DNA of 59,114 bases, filler included, from Sphacelaria rigidula (taxonomy: Eukaryota), in the NCBI GenBank assembly GCA_964200075.2. It is 6 parts of 6 records of this genome, joined end to end, with 100 filler letters (N's around TTAATTAATTAA, not from the genome) between each part and the next. Parts side by side here need not be neighbours in the genome. Positions count along the whole stretch, not along the records: positions 1 to 9,770 come from CAXNAA020007799.1; positions 9,871 to 19,640 come from CAXNAA020007800.1; 4 more parts are not named here. One strand, written 5' to 3'. This document shows, piece by piece, positions 1 through 11,710 of the stretch (position 1 is the stretch's first letter; each line of letters starts with the position of its first letter). Below the pieces are notes generated by a model, which saw only the letters and a program-made list of their open reading frames with translations, was not told the DNA's origin and searched no databases. Made by a program: the position numbers and the translations under genes.

Positions 1-945
1 TTAATCCTCCGGGTTCTCATCCTCAATCAAAAGCACCATCCTCAACATAGATGATTGGCTGTTCTTACAACTTTCAAATCAAGTGGGAAATGATTCAGTA
101 GAGACCTATACTGGACTACCCTGCCGTGCTGCCACGGGTGTACCCTACCGCACGGTATGTTAGGTAATGCCTGCAGCTCGTGTTGTACTGCGTGTGTCTG
201 AGCATACAACTGAAAGAAAGTAAGCGTGCTACAAACTTTACACTGAGCTTTCGATTGGCTCAAAGCCATTGTTTAGTTCGAGCAGGTTCCAGAGGGATTC
301 ATTGGGGCTGATGGCCCCAGGAACAGCAAATATCCAAGAGGACGAGAAACCTGGGCGATACACAGCACAGCAGTCCGCGTAGATACAAGAGCAGAGTACA
401 GCATCATGACGCAGATAGTTGCTCGTGGCAGCAGGCTGTGTGACTGTGACCAAGAATGATGAAGGCACGCGTCAAACAGCGCCTTCATCTATCTCGTGCT
501 TGAGCATTTTAACAATCGATATCTTTGCATCTGTCTGGGCAAGGTCTGGGTACAGTATTTTCACAGTTCACAGCAAACAGTGTTGTTCCGCTGTTCAGTT
601 CCTTTTGTTAGATTTTTTACCCCTGCTTGAGACAGAAAATGACTGATAATATCTATATTTTAATTCAATGCAATGAATAGTGTCTATAAAGAGGTCATCT
701 GCAGGGTCTACGCCGGAAAGTGCCGTATATCGCCATGCTGTAACAGCACAGACAGTACAGTATTGCAAGGTAGTTCGACTGCTGGAGTGTATCAACGCGG
801 TACTGCTGGAGTGTCTTGTCGCGTTGAGTTGACATAAGTTGCTGCAGGTTCGTTCCGTCGAACGTTCACTGTACTCACCTCTCGGGCTTCAGACTGTCGA
901 TCTGCTTGCAACTGATCTACTCACAGGACTCGAACTACCTGCAGT

Positions 946-1076
946 ATGGCCGCCGCGCTCAACCCTAGCGAGGAACTCAACAATGGCCAATCCAATGACG
1001 GTGAAGTGGATCTCAACCAAGCCCAGAGCATGTTTACGGAATGGCTTGACTCAGACGTGCAGGACGGCATTTACAG
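946..1076 (+). CDS. MCM3: DNA replication licensing factor MCM3, first coding exon (MAAALNPSEE...FTEWLDSDVQDGIY-R)
   Basis: ATG at 946 with an open frame to AG|GTAAG at 1077. The phase-2 donor joins the phase-2 acceptor at 1656. FxxxLDxDxxxGIY resembles the MCM3 N-terminus. Not present in the ORF track. Confidence 0.85.
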
Positions 1077-1655
1077 GTAAGATGCCCATCTGGTGCCAGA
1101 ATAGCGCGCCCCCAGTAGTTTAAAAAAATACTAAGTATGCGTTTCTGGGCCTGGCAACCAGCAACCGTCGCCATGCTGGCGATGTGCGAGGCTTTTCCCC
1201 ACTCAGTTCTTGAACTGATGCTGATCCGCTAGAGCACGTCGATAGGAGATATTGTTTCATAACTGTAGTTGATCCAGTGTCACGAGCGGTGTTGGGTCAC
1301 CGTTGCGCACATGGTTTACATGGAGGGTTGTCATCTCCACGTTCAATTTTTTGAAAAGCTTGAAAAAACATAACGGAAACTTACCACTTTGACCAACATG
1401 ATCGGATGTAACGGTTTCTCTCACGTGCTCCTGTAGCCGCGCTCAATGTATAACAGACCCCAGCCGAGAGTGCCCCTTATCCCGACTACACCAGATTGTA
1501 TGTAGGCACTTGAATAGAAGACTACATATGAGTATTAATTGTTGAGGTAATATTCCAGAGAGTTCGGTGTTGAGTACATCAAAGATATTTCAGCCAACGT
1601 GAACAACAAAGCGTCACTTTGCGTGTCTACCCACCTTGTTACCCCTGACGTGCAG

Positions 1656-1880
1656 AGACCGCATCAACGCACTCAAGGGCGCCAAGCATCTTAGATTAAT
1701 AATCGACCTCAACCATTTGCGGTCAGATGGGCGGGGTGATCTCGCTGCGAGCATCATGCGCCGTCCGGCGCCTTACATGTACGCACTCGGCCAAGCTGCT
1801 CGTGAGGTGGCTCTGGCAATGGATCCCGCGTTCAACAAGACTCTCAAGGATAGAGATATCCGAATCGGTTTCGAGGGCAG
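1656..1880 (+). CDS. MCM3: MCM3 exon 2 (DRINALKGAKHLRLIIDLNHLR...IRIGFEG)
   Basis: TGCAG acceptor and AG|GTAC donor. RLIIDLNHLR and IGFEG are MCM N-terminal domain motifs. Confidence 0.92.
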
Positions 1881-2279
1881 GTACTTTTTGTACAACAGTC
1901 AGGCGTTACTAGAATAGTAAGTCAGGCCAAGTGACCTTCATACAAGCCAGGAACCACAGCCACCTAATGTAGATAGAAAATGTGTATCTTCGGGTGAGAG
2001 TCCTACCTGTCCTCACGGGAAGTATACTGTGTATAAAATCACCCAGAAAATACGCTAGGCGTTGAATTTGTTGTGCCGCGATCAGACTATCTTGTACTTC
2101 ATGGCGGTTACAAGAACGGATCTCTACGCAGATCGGGGGACCTAAAATAGGGAAACGCCTTGTGTATGTGGGCCCCAATTTGGACCAAATCGGGGAAGCT
2201 CAGATTCGTGCATCACGACTTGAGGACGTTTTTTTCCGAATCTGAGCGCAGATCGGGGGGAAATCGAGGTCCCCCAATA

Positions 2280-3208
2280 CCGTAAGTTGCTCTGTGATCG
2301 CACAGGGCGTGAATTTCGCACAGGGGTCGTGAGAACACACCCCTGTGTGATCAAAAACGCGGTTTGAAATGATTTCATTGGTTTTTCGCACAGGGGGCTT
2401 TGTTTTCGCACACAGGTGCAATCTCAAGGATGAAATGCGTCTCAGCCACCTTCCGGGCGTGAGGACGCGTGCGCGCGGATGGATCTCTGGGGCGGACAGC
2501 CTGAGTTGCCACGTTTTTTGTCTTTATTCCACTGGTCGTCATGGCGCTCGTCTGGACTACGCCCCGCGGTGTGGCAGTGCAGACACAAAAAACATCCGGG
2601 GTGTTTTTTTTTTCAATTTATTTTACTCCAGTTCTCGTCGTGCACCTTAGATGAAACTACTAAAGCCGAAACCTTTCACCAAACGCCAACACCGACGGAA
2701 AGAACGAAGCCCGAAAGCAAACGCGTACTGGCACCGAACGATATTTCTTGCAATCAACCTCGTCTCTCTCTTCGACATTTCGTGTAACGGTATACCGGTA
2801 CCACGACAACTACCGTAGGCTCGTGCGGTGTGCTTGATGCTGTCGTGCTGTGGCTGTGTGCCCGTGTGTACTTGCTATGTTTCAGGCATCTTCAGACCTT
2901 GTTCCTACGGCATTACTGTTGCAGATTGTTCCTTTACACGGGCGAAGATTTACTCAGTATCGCACATGGCGGGGTTATTGGACAGGGTGTGCGTTCAAAG
3001 ACCCTGGTGTCATCGAAATTATTTACTCAATATCGCACATGTCGTTGAGATGACACAGGGGTGTGCGATGGAAAATCAGTACCAAATGATTTAATTCGAT
3101 TTTCGCACAGGGGGCGCGGTGGTCGTGAGAACGCATCCCTGAGCGAAAAAAAAGTTCGAAAACATTTAAAAATCGTTCGCCCCTGTGCGATCTCAGAGCA
3201 ACTTACAG
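2280..3208. mobile_element. Non-autonomous Tc1/mariner(pogo)-type MITE in MCM3 intron 2
   Basis: TIRs CCGTAAGTTGCTCTGTGATCGCACAGGG / CCCTGTGCGATCTCAGAGCAACTTACAG flanked by TA on both sides. Subterminal TCGCACAGGG repeats. No transposase ORF. Confidence 0.85.
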
Positions 3209-5389
3209 TATGTGGGAAGTGACGTACGCACATGGACGTACGATGATAGGGCAACATGCGTTTAATATTTTTGCAACCGTAGCAGCAGACAGTCTCGTTT
3301 CAGGACAGGGCGTGCCCGCCAGCGCCAGCTTCTGGAGCAGCTTTGCGCGGGGTTGGAGACCACCTTTTATTACAGTAACCAATCTCGATTTTTTCGAGCG
3401 TCGAGGGGAAAAAGATCGGGGAACGCATTTTATGGACACCGACTTGGACCAGGTCGCAGAGAAAAAATCGGGGTGTCACAGTTTCAGAACGGTTTCCCCC
3501 GATTTTTCGAAAAAAAATCACGGCAAATCTGTCCGAGATCATGACCCCCCCCCCATTGTTTTGAGGTAACGTACGTGCATTGACGTACAGTGGTAGGGTA
3601 CAAGACGTTTGATACTTCTGCAACCGCAGCAGCAGACAGTCTCGTGACGGCGCGCAGGGCATGCCTGCCCTCGCCAGCTGCTGAAGCAGCTTCTCACGGA
3701 GTTTGACAAGCGGATAATATGTGCTGACGCCGTACTCGTACTTTGCGGCGATGGTAGTATTTAATGCTGCGCTGCGCTGCCACATGTATCTATAATGAAT
3801 GGTACTGTACTCTCCTAGTCTGTTGTTGCTGTACTTGCAGGGTGTTGTACGGCACTGCACTACTGAGCTCTGTTCGCGTACTGTTTGTTCATTGTGCTCG
3901 CAATACCGACTACACCATCATGTACCACCACACGGCATCATGTACTGTAACGATGGAGTGCCCTGCACTGTATTACCTCGCTGTACTCGAGGAATTATTC
4001 ACCGCTCGCCTGCTCTTCGACTTCATGTACGAATACGCAACACCACAGTCATGCAGAAAGTGACCGTCTGTGTACAGAACTGTTTCACAAATCTGTGATA
4101 CTGTCTGTCTGTACGAGTACCATGAAACGGTCCTCCCGGTTTTGAGTTCGCGAATTTGAGTCCCCCCGATTTTTCCGGGTCTCAGAACAATCGAGATTCG
4201 TTGCCGTAAAAGTTGGTCTTCGGCATCTACTTATTATGCTAGCATAACTTCTGGCATGGAGGTTGTCAAACTGGTCCAAATGCCGGCCTGCTGCGACATT
4301 TTGGGCGTAAACTCTGCTATCATCCACCGCGCGTCTGAAATACGTGCATGATCTAGAACTAGTCACTCACCGATACTGATAACGGTAAAAAACTGCCAGT
4401 CTGATTAATCGCAAGTGTGAAAAATGTTTTCATGAAAGCACGCATCACGACAGCACAATATGTTGTACATAGAGTTCGCAATAATATACAACGATGCACC
4501 GTGTATGGCAGCAAGAAAATACGAAAATCCGGCAATCAATCGCACAAATGCAGGTATGTAGTACTTCGTATATAGCATGTATATGGTGTATACCACGCGC
4601 GTATAGTGGTCGGTGGGTCTGTATCCGGTCGAAAATGGCATCCTTGTTGGATATTACGAGCATGATCGAGCGTGAATTCCACGTTGCGACCATAAATCGA
4701 GCATAATTTCCACCTTACGAGAAGATTTTTTGGTGAAACTACTAGCATGAAGAAATGGCTTCATTAGCATAGTAAGTAAACGCCTAGCCTCGATGCTTTC
4801 ATGCACCAGCGTGGAAACTGAGAGGTGTTCACACGTGACAGGCCGCAATAATTGTTCCATCGAAGCATGCATGGACAAATAGGACAGGTGCCAAACGAGG
4901 TAATGTGACCTGGATGCGAACAGCCAATTCGGTATTAAAACCAAACACAAACAACTTAGCAGCACACGAAGCAAAAGCAAAACAGCACGCGCCAAGCACT
5001 TCTGCTGTACGTGATGGGCACGCACACGGCCACTGAACTGACTGTATCATACTGCTTAAGCCTGGGTTTCTTTGCTCCCATTACCACCATCCACGCTCGA
5101 AAAAGTGTTGAAAAAGATCCATGTTAACCAAACAAACAGCTGAACTGTAATTTTGAAAATCCCAGGTTGGCCTTCGTCTTCTGCATTGCCACATCGAAAA
5201 AGTGTGTTGTGCTGACTGCGCTGACTATACTCTTATTCACATGCCTCATGGTACAGACAGTATACATTGTCAGTGCGTAGCGTAGTATGGTGTCGGGATA
5301 GACTGTACCCAGGGACTGACTGGGTGTCGAAACTGGCTTTTCTGCTTTCATCAACTTTTTGTGGGGACATGACCTTAATACACCCGCCA

Positions 5390-6085
5390 CGTTGACGGGG
5401 CATCCCGCGAGAAGATTACGGGACATCACGTCAAGTGTGACGGGAGACCAGATGAGAATTTCCGTGAGGACGGGGCGGGGACTGCAGAGAACAGGAAGAG
5501 GTCGAGGCAGGGCGGGAACTTTTCGCCCTGCTTCAAAAACGACCGGATGGGACAGTGATTTTTCCCCACTGCCGGCAAAAAACGGACGAGAAAGAGAAGT
5601 CGGCCCTAGAAAAACAATGGGATGGGATGGGGCGGGACTGGATCGGAGAGAATGGAACGGGATGGGGAAAACCGTCCGGTCCCGCAGGATTTCCCGATAG
5701 ATCCCTCTCGCGTTAAAAAACCCTGGAATCAACCGTTGATGCTGCTTATTATATGCAACAACCGCTGGGTGTCGCTTCGATGGTGTGCGAACTTCGCGAG
5801 ACTTCATCATCCTGATCACAACGCGGGTATATCAAGGTGTCCCATGTGCGTTTTCCCGTGACGAAACGGGATGGGATGGGATGGAACGGTAGCTAACGAG
5901 CCGGGGTTCGTGTTTACCGTGCGCAGGGGGCGGGACGGGATGGAACCTTGCGGGACGATACCCGTTCGTCCCCTGGTTACGGGACTGGAGGGGCCATTCC
6001 GTCCCGTCTCGCCCCGACACATGCCCCAATTTCTTAGCCCGCCCTCTTCCGGAATACAGGCCATGCCGTCCTGTCGTCCCACGAA
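5390..6085. repeat. GGGAC/GGGAT-motif-rich repeat, probably degenerate non-autonomous TIR element(s)
   Basis: Dense GACGGGA/GATGGGA motifs in two blocks, with an AAAACCCTG hAT-like end near 5725. Boundaries not resolved. Confidence 0.45.
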
Positions 6086-7806
6086 GGGCGCGGAAACTCA
6101 GCTGTCATTTCGATGAGGCGAACATGGGCAGGATATACAATTAATAATAACGGTCGGAAACTGGTTCCGGATATCCATTTTAATTACATCAAACAAAAAA
6201 TGCAACCACTTTTATCTCCAAATACGTGCCCCCGTAAACCCTGCCTTTCGCCTCCAGCGCCACGAGTGATCGGGATTAGAAGTAATAGGTGACGTATCCA
6301 ATATTTTGTTCGAAAGTGTACTTGAGATCGCTGCAATCTAGATTGATATGTGAAGTGTCAATCCAGGGGGTAGCCGAGGCAGCACCTAAAACATCGGTAA
6401 ACCCATCATTCCTGGAAACCCGAAAGAAGTACAACAGTTTATGGGAAAGTGTTTCATGCGGGTGTCTGTTTATAATGGTTGCCGAAATTTAAAGCCATGG
6501 TTCGATGCTTCTCAAATGTCGCTGCAACATCGCGCCTAAAACAAAGCTGCTAAAAAATTCAACAAAAAGTCAACATATTCGAAATCCTGGGTCTCGCCTC
6601 AAGCACAAGGATTTTTCCGAATATTGAAGTACAAGAGTAGTACAGCGTTGTCCCGAAATATTACCATGATCGATTCGATTCAGAACAACACATGGGGAGT
6701 TGACTCGAAACCTCGGGAGTAGTGGGTCAGACCTCCAATAACGCGCAACCGGCAAGCTCCTAGCGCGTTCAAGTTCATGGCGAAGAAAAAATCGGGAAAT
6801 CGGTATACTGAAAATATATTCAGCCTCGTTGTTTGGATCGAGCTGCCTCCGCTAGCGCGAGAAACTCACTGTCTCGAAAAAACAGGGGGATATATGTAAG
6901 ATCAAATCTCTAGTGTTTTGTTTTAGGATACTGTACCACTTACGATGTCGCCTCCCTTCGCAGACTCGTTCAACGACTTTTACATGCACACCCGTCTGCA
7001 AACGAATTCAGTGCTAAAAACTTGGACTTGGTCTCTGCACAGTCAGGGGTGTTGGAAGCCGCTGTCGTCGGTGTAAAAACGACTAGTATTGTATGATGTA
7101 GCTACGAAACCTCACCTGGCGCCTTTGTAGTTTGTGGAGCAACGTGCGACGTACGTATAGTCGTGTTTCCTCTCTTCACACAAACTGGAAATGCTCATAT
7201 TTCCCTTTCATTCAGACCAAAGCAGATTTCCTCTTGAAATAAAAATGTATGGTCATGCAATTGATACAACGATTGCACGAGCACAGTATGATCAATCAGG
7301 TTTGTTTTCATCAGTACCGCTTGTTGTTTGAGTCGCATTCCTGAGATCGATTTTCGACAGGAGAATCTCGTTTTCATGTTGGGTGGTGCCAAAACGTGGG
7401 AACACCAACGGTGATAAGAGCAAAATGCTATTTATTCATAGGTGCGATGGAAGTCGACGGGCTTCGGAGTGCCGGAATCGTAGTGATGATTCAACGCGCG
7501 ACACACAAACAAGTGCAAGACGATTACCGAGGGAGACTAGGGAGAGAGTACTTCATTTCCTGCAACTTCCCACCGGCTGCTCGTCCTGAGCAAGCGGGGG
7601 AGTTGGGGGTCGACGGGGGTGACGAGTACGACCAGGGACTTCAAGGAAGAGGGTGGATTCTTGCCTTTCGCTGGGGTGTTTCCTTCGCCGGCAGATAGCT
7701 TGCTAGCGTTTGCGTGTTTCGCTCCTTACTCAAGTGCAATTGTGCCGACATGCCGTACCTCGCCTCGTTACTGCCTCGGTATTGATGAACTCTCACACGG
7801 CTTCAG

Positions 7807-8013
7807 CTTTGGACATCAACACGTCAGCCCCCGAGGACTTCTCGCATCTTACTTGCGTACCCTGGTGTGTGTGGAAGGTATCGTAACCAAGTGCACTAGT
7901 GTGCGACCCAAGCTGGTCAAGTCTGTGCATTTCAACCCCGCCACCCAGGACTTCACCAGCCGCGAGTACAGGGATGACAAAACGATGGAGGTCGGCCTTG
8001 GCACCGCTGGACG
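7807..8013 (+). CDS. MCM3: MCM3 exon 3 (SFGHQHVSPRGLLASYLRTLVCVEGIVTKCTSVRPKLVKSVHF...SREYRD)
   Basis: TTCAG acceptor and GTAAG donor. Splicing to exon 2 gives GFEGSFG..HVSPR, and VCVEGIVTKC/VRPK/SVH/REYRD are typical of MCM3. The intervening intron (1881-7806) is ~5.9 kb. No further exons found before the contig end. Confidence 0.95.
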
Positions 8014-8408
8014 GTAAGCATTACCAGTATCGGTTGCACGCGTGGCCATATTTTTGTGGTGATTGATCGATTCTGGTGTCTTGTTTCGCTTTCAACAGAT
8101 TCGACTCGCCTGCAAATTTTGTCCCCCGTGATGAAGGAAATATTATGGACTGACTCTCGTTGTGTAGTGTGTCAGGTGAGCCCTGTGGGACCCAAGTCAG
8201 TAAATAAGTACCGTCAATGTTCCAGAAATGGTAAACACCTCCGAGAACTGTGGATACCGTGAAGAAGGGATGTAAAAAGCCGCAAGAGTTTGTCGAGGAC
8301 CCATCACCTTTCATATGGGCGAAGCCATGAAATGACTCTGCTTTCCCGAATAGGAGATCCCAGCTTCGAAGCCCGGCCCCCACTATCAATGCCACAAACA
8401 AAAAAATC

Positions 8409-8614
8409 CAAGAGTAAGTCGAGTAGAGTATACTCGAATGCGGGGTGTTTTGAAAGACGTACTTGGGGTTCTCACGTTAGGGTAGAGTGTTGGGAGTCGT
8501 ACCCAAAAAATAGCTGGGGAGCGATTCCTGGAACCCTACATCCAGTTTTGTGTACTCCAAGTACGAATTTCAAAATACCCCGCAATTGAGTATACTCTAC
8601 TCGACCTACCCTTG
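8409..8614. mobile_element. hAT-type MITE (206 bp)
   Basis: ~60-bp imperfect TIRs (CAAGAGTAAGTCGAGTAGAGTATACTC... / ...GAGTATACTCTACTCGACCTACCCTTG) and an exact 8-bp TSD AAAAAATC (8401-8408, 8615-8622). Confidence 0.9.
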
Positions 8615-9489
8615 AAAAAATCCCAAAAGTCGAGCGAGCAGGAGAAAGCCGTACAATTGATCGGAGAAAAGAAAACTGGTGGGTGACCAGAATCCAGCGC
8701 CCAGCGCGCAGAAAGCAGAATGCACAAGCCTACGGACAAGTCTCCCCGGAGATTGTTGCCTTGGCGACCGAACACACTCAGCTAACATATACTGGAGAAA
8801 GTGCCAAAATATCCCCCTCGCTAGCTAGCACAAAATATCACCTCTGCAATCTGCTCTCGTCACGGAACGGATTACGGGACTCATGGCAGACGGAGGTGAT
8901 ATGGATACTATTAAAAGCTACAGGCGGAAAGGTTTGCCTGTACAAGTCTGTTTTCACAGAACGTACAAGACTTCCACAGCAAAGAAGGGTAATGTGGATA
9001 CCGCAAATGCCTGTTGAAGACTCATCACTTAATCACAAACCCCCTTTGAGCATGCGTCGTCCGTCCTTGCCCGTTTCTGGTGACGATGCCTTCTCCGCGC
9101 TTGTCGCCGCAGAGCAAACCTGCCAACCACATCGCTCTACCCTACGAAAGATCCGGAAGGCAACCCGTTGGAAACGGAGTATGGACTTTGTCGATTTAAG
9201 GACCATCAGACGGTCACAATTCAGGTACCGCCCGATCACTGTCGAATTTCCCGCAGTTTCGTGGCTCAAATGTGAAAATATCACTCTTGATAGGTCGATT
9301 TTTACATTTTCTACTTTGCTATGGATTTTGCCCTGATATTGAAGGTGGTCACCCCATCTCGCGGGCATCGACTGCGACGGTTGCGTAGATTCAATCCTGA
9401 CTTTGACATGGGCATGGGCAAGACTTGATGCTGAGCCCAACACGCCTATGTGTTGTTGCAACGTGAGTTAAGTGACTATGAGGGTAGAT

Positions 9490-9770
9490 GCATGTGTTTC
9501 TTTCTAGACGTGCAAAAGGCCTATGACACAGTATGGAGAAATGGGTTGTGGAACAAGTTATGGAAAACTGGGATCAGAGGAAAGATGTGGAAAATGGGGA
9601 AGATGACAGAATGTGCCAAACGTGCCATGATGCTAGACGGGGAAATATCGAAATATTTTGATATCTTACAAGGAGTTGCACAACGACGTACGTTATCACC
9701 CACTTTGTTCAAGGTAATTATTAATGGCTTGATAATAGCAATGGAAACAGCAGAGCAAGGGGTTCAGGTG
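9490..9770 (+). mobile_element. LINE reverse transcriptase fragment, cut by contig end
   Basis: FLDVQKAYDTVWRNGLWNKLW..GIRGKMW and GVAQ..TLSPTLF are non-LTR RT motifs. Same family as 35400-35700. Confidence 0.9.
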
Positions 9771-9870
9771 NNNNNNNNNNNNNNNNNNNNNNNNNNNNNN
9801 NNNNNNNNNNNNNNTTAATTAATTAANNNNNNNNNNNNNNNNNNNNNNNNNNNNNNNNNNNNNNNNNNNN
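9771..9870. other. Artificial contig linker N44-TTAATTAATTAA-N44
   Basis: Identical 100-bp spacer with stops in all six frames, present five times in the window. Confidence 0.98.
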
Positions 9871-10206
9871 AGTTGGTAGGCTCGAAACCTTCCGACGGTT
9901 GGGTCGTGGGTTCAATTCTCGGAGCGATCTGGGATTGTTCGTCAGACCATGCCCAACAGTGGAGAGCGACCATGTCGTGGGTACACAAAACTCGACTTCA
10001 CGGTCGACGACGGAAAGGGACTGCTGAACCACTCTCGCGATAAAAAATAAAAAGGCAAGCACCGCAGAAGGAAGATGGGCGACTAAAAACAAAGAAAAAA
10101 GAAAAAACTCCAGTGTTGGTCTTCCTTCTGTGTGACCCCGGCTGGTGCGCCCACATATACCGAACGGTGTGGACCGGCGTCCAGAATAGATGGGACGGCA
10201 ACACAC
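9871..10206 (+). mobile_element. tRNA-derived SINE, family 1
   Basis: Partial A box (AGTTGG) and B box (GGTTCAATTC). The body matches 51788-52076. The 3' end is AGAATAGATGGGACGGCAACACAC. Confidence 0.8.
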
Positions 10207-10330
10207 TCAAACCAAGTACTAAAATTCCGGGAAAGTTCTAGTCGACCAAGTGGTGAACACTACTGCCTTCATCTCATCCACAACACGACTTATGAAATAT
10301 GTGAGAGTAACGCCAGGATTACTTTTCTAA

Positions 10331-10773
10331 GGCTGCTTCTTAAACACTGAAAAAAATCTCTCCGCGAATTGCCCTTTTGAACCTTCCCTCACGGATCATT
10401 GGCGGATTGGGCCTCCTCGGAAAGATTAGCTATAATTTTCACGAGGATTCCAGCGCCCTTATCCGATCTTTTGTACGCCCAGTTTTACTTCTGGCCGAAT
10501 TCTGGAGTTTTTCAGTCGCCCCCAGAAACTTCGAGTTGTCGGGAAAAAAGAACGTATTTTCCCCGACAACTGGACGATGTGGGCGGCGACTGCAAAATTC
10601 AGAATCCGGTCAAGAGTAAAACTGGGCGTACAAAAAATCGGGAAAATGCGCTAGAATCCTCGTAAATAATATTGCAAATCTTTCGGAGAAGGCCAAATCC
10701 GCCAATAATCCGTGATGAAAGGTTCAAAGAAGAAATTTCAGAGAGATTTTTCTTCAGCCTGTAAGAAGCGGCC
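10331..10773. mobile_element. PIF/Harbinger-like foldback MITE
   Basis: Nearly the whole 443 bp is an imperfect palindrome (GGCTGCTTCTTA... / ...TAAGAAGCGGCC). Flanks are TAA / TAT. Confidence 0.75.
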
Positions 10774-10788
10774 TATTGTGCTAAAATA

Positions 10789-11337
10789 CGAGCTGCGCCA
10801 GCCAAGAGTAGGTGTGAATCTCGACCAGGCGACGCACGGCGGGATATTAGGAGTTGGACGCTGAAATTTGACAGCAGCTCTTACGATCGAAATGCAGAAG
10901 ATCACGTGAAAATGAGGAATTTATGGGGGATTCGAAATTTCAGCAAAAACAACATAATGCCATTAGTCCAGGGAAAAAAAATAAGAATCTGCAGCTGCTC
11001 ACGTCATGTATCCTTTCCTTGGGTGCAGAAAGTCTTGTGAAATTTCAGTGCAACATTTTGCGTGACGTTGCTGAACCCCTATAATTCAAGTGATGGGAGA
11101 CTCCAATGATTAAGGCCATGAGTTCGAATCTGGACAGATTCTCTTTCTTTTTTCGTACGTCGTTGAGATCATATACCATGCAGTATATTTTCAATTCTTC
11201 ATTTATTTAGCGGCGGTGCCGTGTGTTACCAGGATGGTCTGCACTTCTCAGTGATATGCTTACATCGGGTTCATTCAGGAAGCTGGGGGAGCTGTGGTGT
11301 GAGCAACTTTTAGCAGCTTTTAAGGTGGCTCAGCTTG
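10789..11337. mobile_element. TA-flanked TIR element of the CGAGCTGGGCCAGC family (degenerate)
   Basis: TA-CGAGCTGCGCCAGC ... GGTGGCTCAGCTTG-TA. The left part resembles 34096-34280. Confidence 0.7.
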
Positions 11338-11607
11338 TAGGGATATCCCGAATGAAATTGCAAACGGGGATGCCCTGACTCCTATTGTTGTGCATCTAGA
11401 ATCGTTAGGGGCTCCTGAACCGGACAACATTGTGCGCAAAAAGTGCACCCCTACCGTAGATTTGCTCTGTATATTTTCTCGCCAATTGCATCTACTGACT
11501 ATTTTTTGTCGAGGGCGTAAAACAAATACAGCTGACGGGCAGCTATAGCTTGAGGCGTATCGTTACCCTTCCAATACGACTCGCTCCTTAATAGCGATAC
11601 GGCACTG

Positions 11608-11609
<2 letters not shown>

Positions 11610-11648
<39 letters not shown>

Positions 11649-11710
11649 GTCGTCCCATCTATTCTGGACGCCAGTCTACACTTTCCGGTATGTGAGGGCG
11701 CACCGCCGGG
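11610..11710 (-). repeat. (GT)n microsatellite that is the 3' tail of a family-1 SINE
   Basis: The (GT)n run is immediately followed by TGTCGTCCCATCTATTCTGGACGCC, the reverse complement of the SINE 3' end at ~10175-10206. Confidence 0.8.

Noticed and set aside
1..600. Divergent minus-strand gene upstream of MCM3
   Set aside because: Candidate splice sites exist, but no consistent open reading path or recognisable peptide could be built.
5124..5819. 231-aa minus ORF as a gene
   Set aside because: Runs through a GGGAC-motif repeat inside the MCM3 intron and has no recognisable domain.
8683..9336. 217-aa ORF as the next MCM3 exon
   Set aside because: No MCM motifs (the expected DxQxxxxQExPE segment is absent).
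9815..9826. TTAATTAATTAA palindrome recurring every ~9.87 kb as a biological motif
   Set aside because: Always centred in exactly 88 Ns. It is an assembly spacer with stops in six frames.
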